From: an uncultured Verrucomicrobiae bacterium
GTDB taxonomy: Bacteria; Verrucomicrobiota; Verrucomicrobiia; Limisphaerales; Palsa-1400
Direction of reading: 5' to 3'
Assembly (NCBI GenBank): GCA_963702845.1
Contig: OY969763.1
Location: 2,976,001-3,040,000, forward strand
DNA length: 64,000 bases
Below are positions 63,555-64,000 of this stretch, in pieces (positions within the stretch are counted from its first letter, which is position 1; each line of letters opens with the position of its first letter). Below the pieces are notes generated by a model, which was not told where the DNA came from, searched no databases, and worked only from the letters and a program-made list of their open reading frames with translations. The position numbers and the translations under genes are program-made.

Positions 63555-64000
63555 GCGCGCGGATTAAAAGTCGATCCGCGCGCAAGGTCTGCCCAAAGCT
63601 CCTTTTCTTTGGCGCTGAGTTCTTTCGGCATTTGCACGCGCGCGATCACATAAAGATCGCCGGCATCGCCTTCGCGCGCAGGCAAGCCACGACCGCGCAC
63701 ACGTAAGCGTTGGCCGTTTTGGGTTCCGGGCGGGATTTTGATATTCACCGAGCCGTGTAGTGTTGGCACCGTCACATTCGTTCCCAGCGCCGCTTCCCAC
63801 GGAGCAAGGTCAACGTCATGGAAAAGATCTCCACCTTCGACGCGAAAATCGGGATGACTCGCCAGACGCACGCGCAAATATAAATCGCCGGACGGCGCGC
63901 CGCCTGTTCCCGGTTCGCCCTGCCCCGCCACGCGCAAACGTTGTCCATCGCGAACGCCCGCGGGAATTTTGACCTTGTGCGTTTCAGTCACCTGGACTTG
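63551..64000 (-). CDS. DnaJ/CbpA-type chaperone, C-terminal part (runs off window)
   Basis: VKIPAGVRDGQRLRVAGQG...GDLYL, PWEAALG..V.VPTL. Confidence 0.9.
   Translation of the reverse strand, partial: QVQVTETHKVKIPAGVRDGQRLRVAGQGEPGTGGAPSGDLYLRVRLASHPDFRVEGGDLFHDVDLAPWEAALGTNVTVPTLHGSVNIKIPPGTQNGQRLRVRGRGLPAREGDAGDLYVIARVQMPKELSAKEKELWADLARGSTFNPRA

Overview
Bacterial chromosome segment, most likely Verrucomicrobiota (Pedosphaerales/Limisphaerales-like). This is inferred from TIGR02597-like and prepilin/H-X9-DG proteins and the style of the palindromic repeats. The first ~13 kb is accessory: a beta-helix glycan enzyme, SUFU, Sel1, a Fic remnant, a cytochrome b/molybdopterin oxidoreductase, a Cys-rich secreted protein, DsbA and a DUF1573-dihaem cytochrome c. 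It has many frameshifts and a split dispersed repeat. The rest is mostly housekeeping or envelope genes: lpxD, ALDH, S1/P1 nuclease, a coupled nuoM-nuoN-PFOR unit, rlmN, a wzm/wzt/GT cluster, rplM-rpsI, argC, yggS, rpsO-pnp, tRNA-Lys, SNF2, recG, guaA and a DnaJ-like gene. Most notable: (1) two orphan rRNA-type promoter + hairpin + boxA units followed by non-coding AGTAG(A/C)AAC repeats; (2) a repeat present once whole (A+B) and once as separated halves bracketing a 4.2-kb segment; (3) NuoM/NuoN translationally coupled to PFOR without other complex I genes; (4) a GGA-rich terminated candidate sRNA; (5) a long heptamer-containing hairpin in the pnp leader. No CRISPR array, rRNA, integrase or transposase was seen. 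All family calls come from motif recognition by eye, not database searches.
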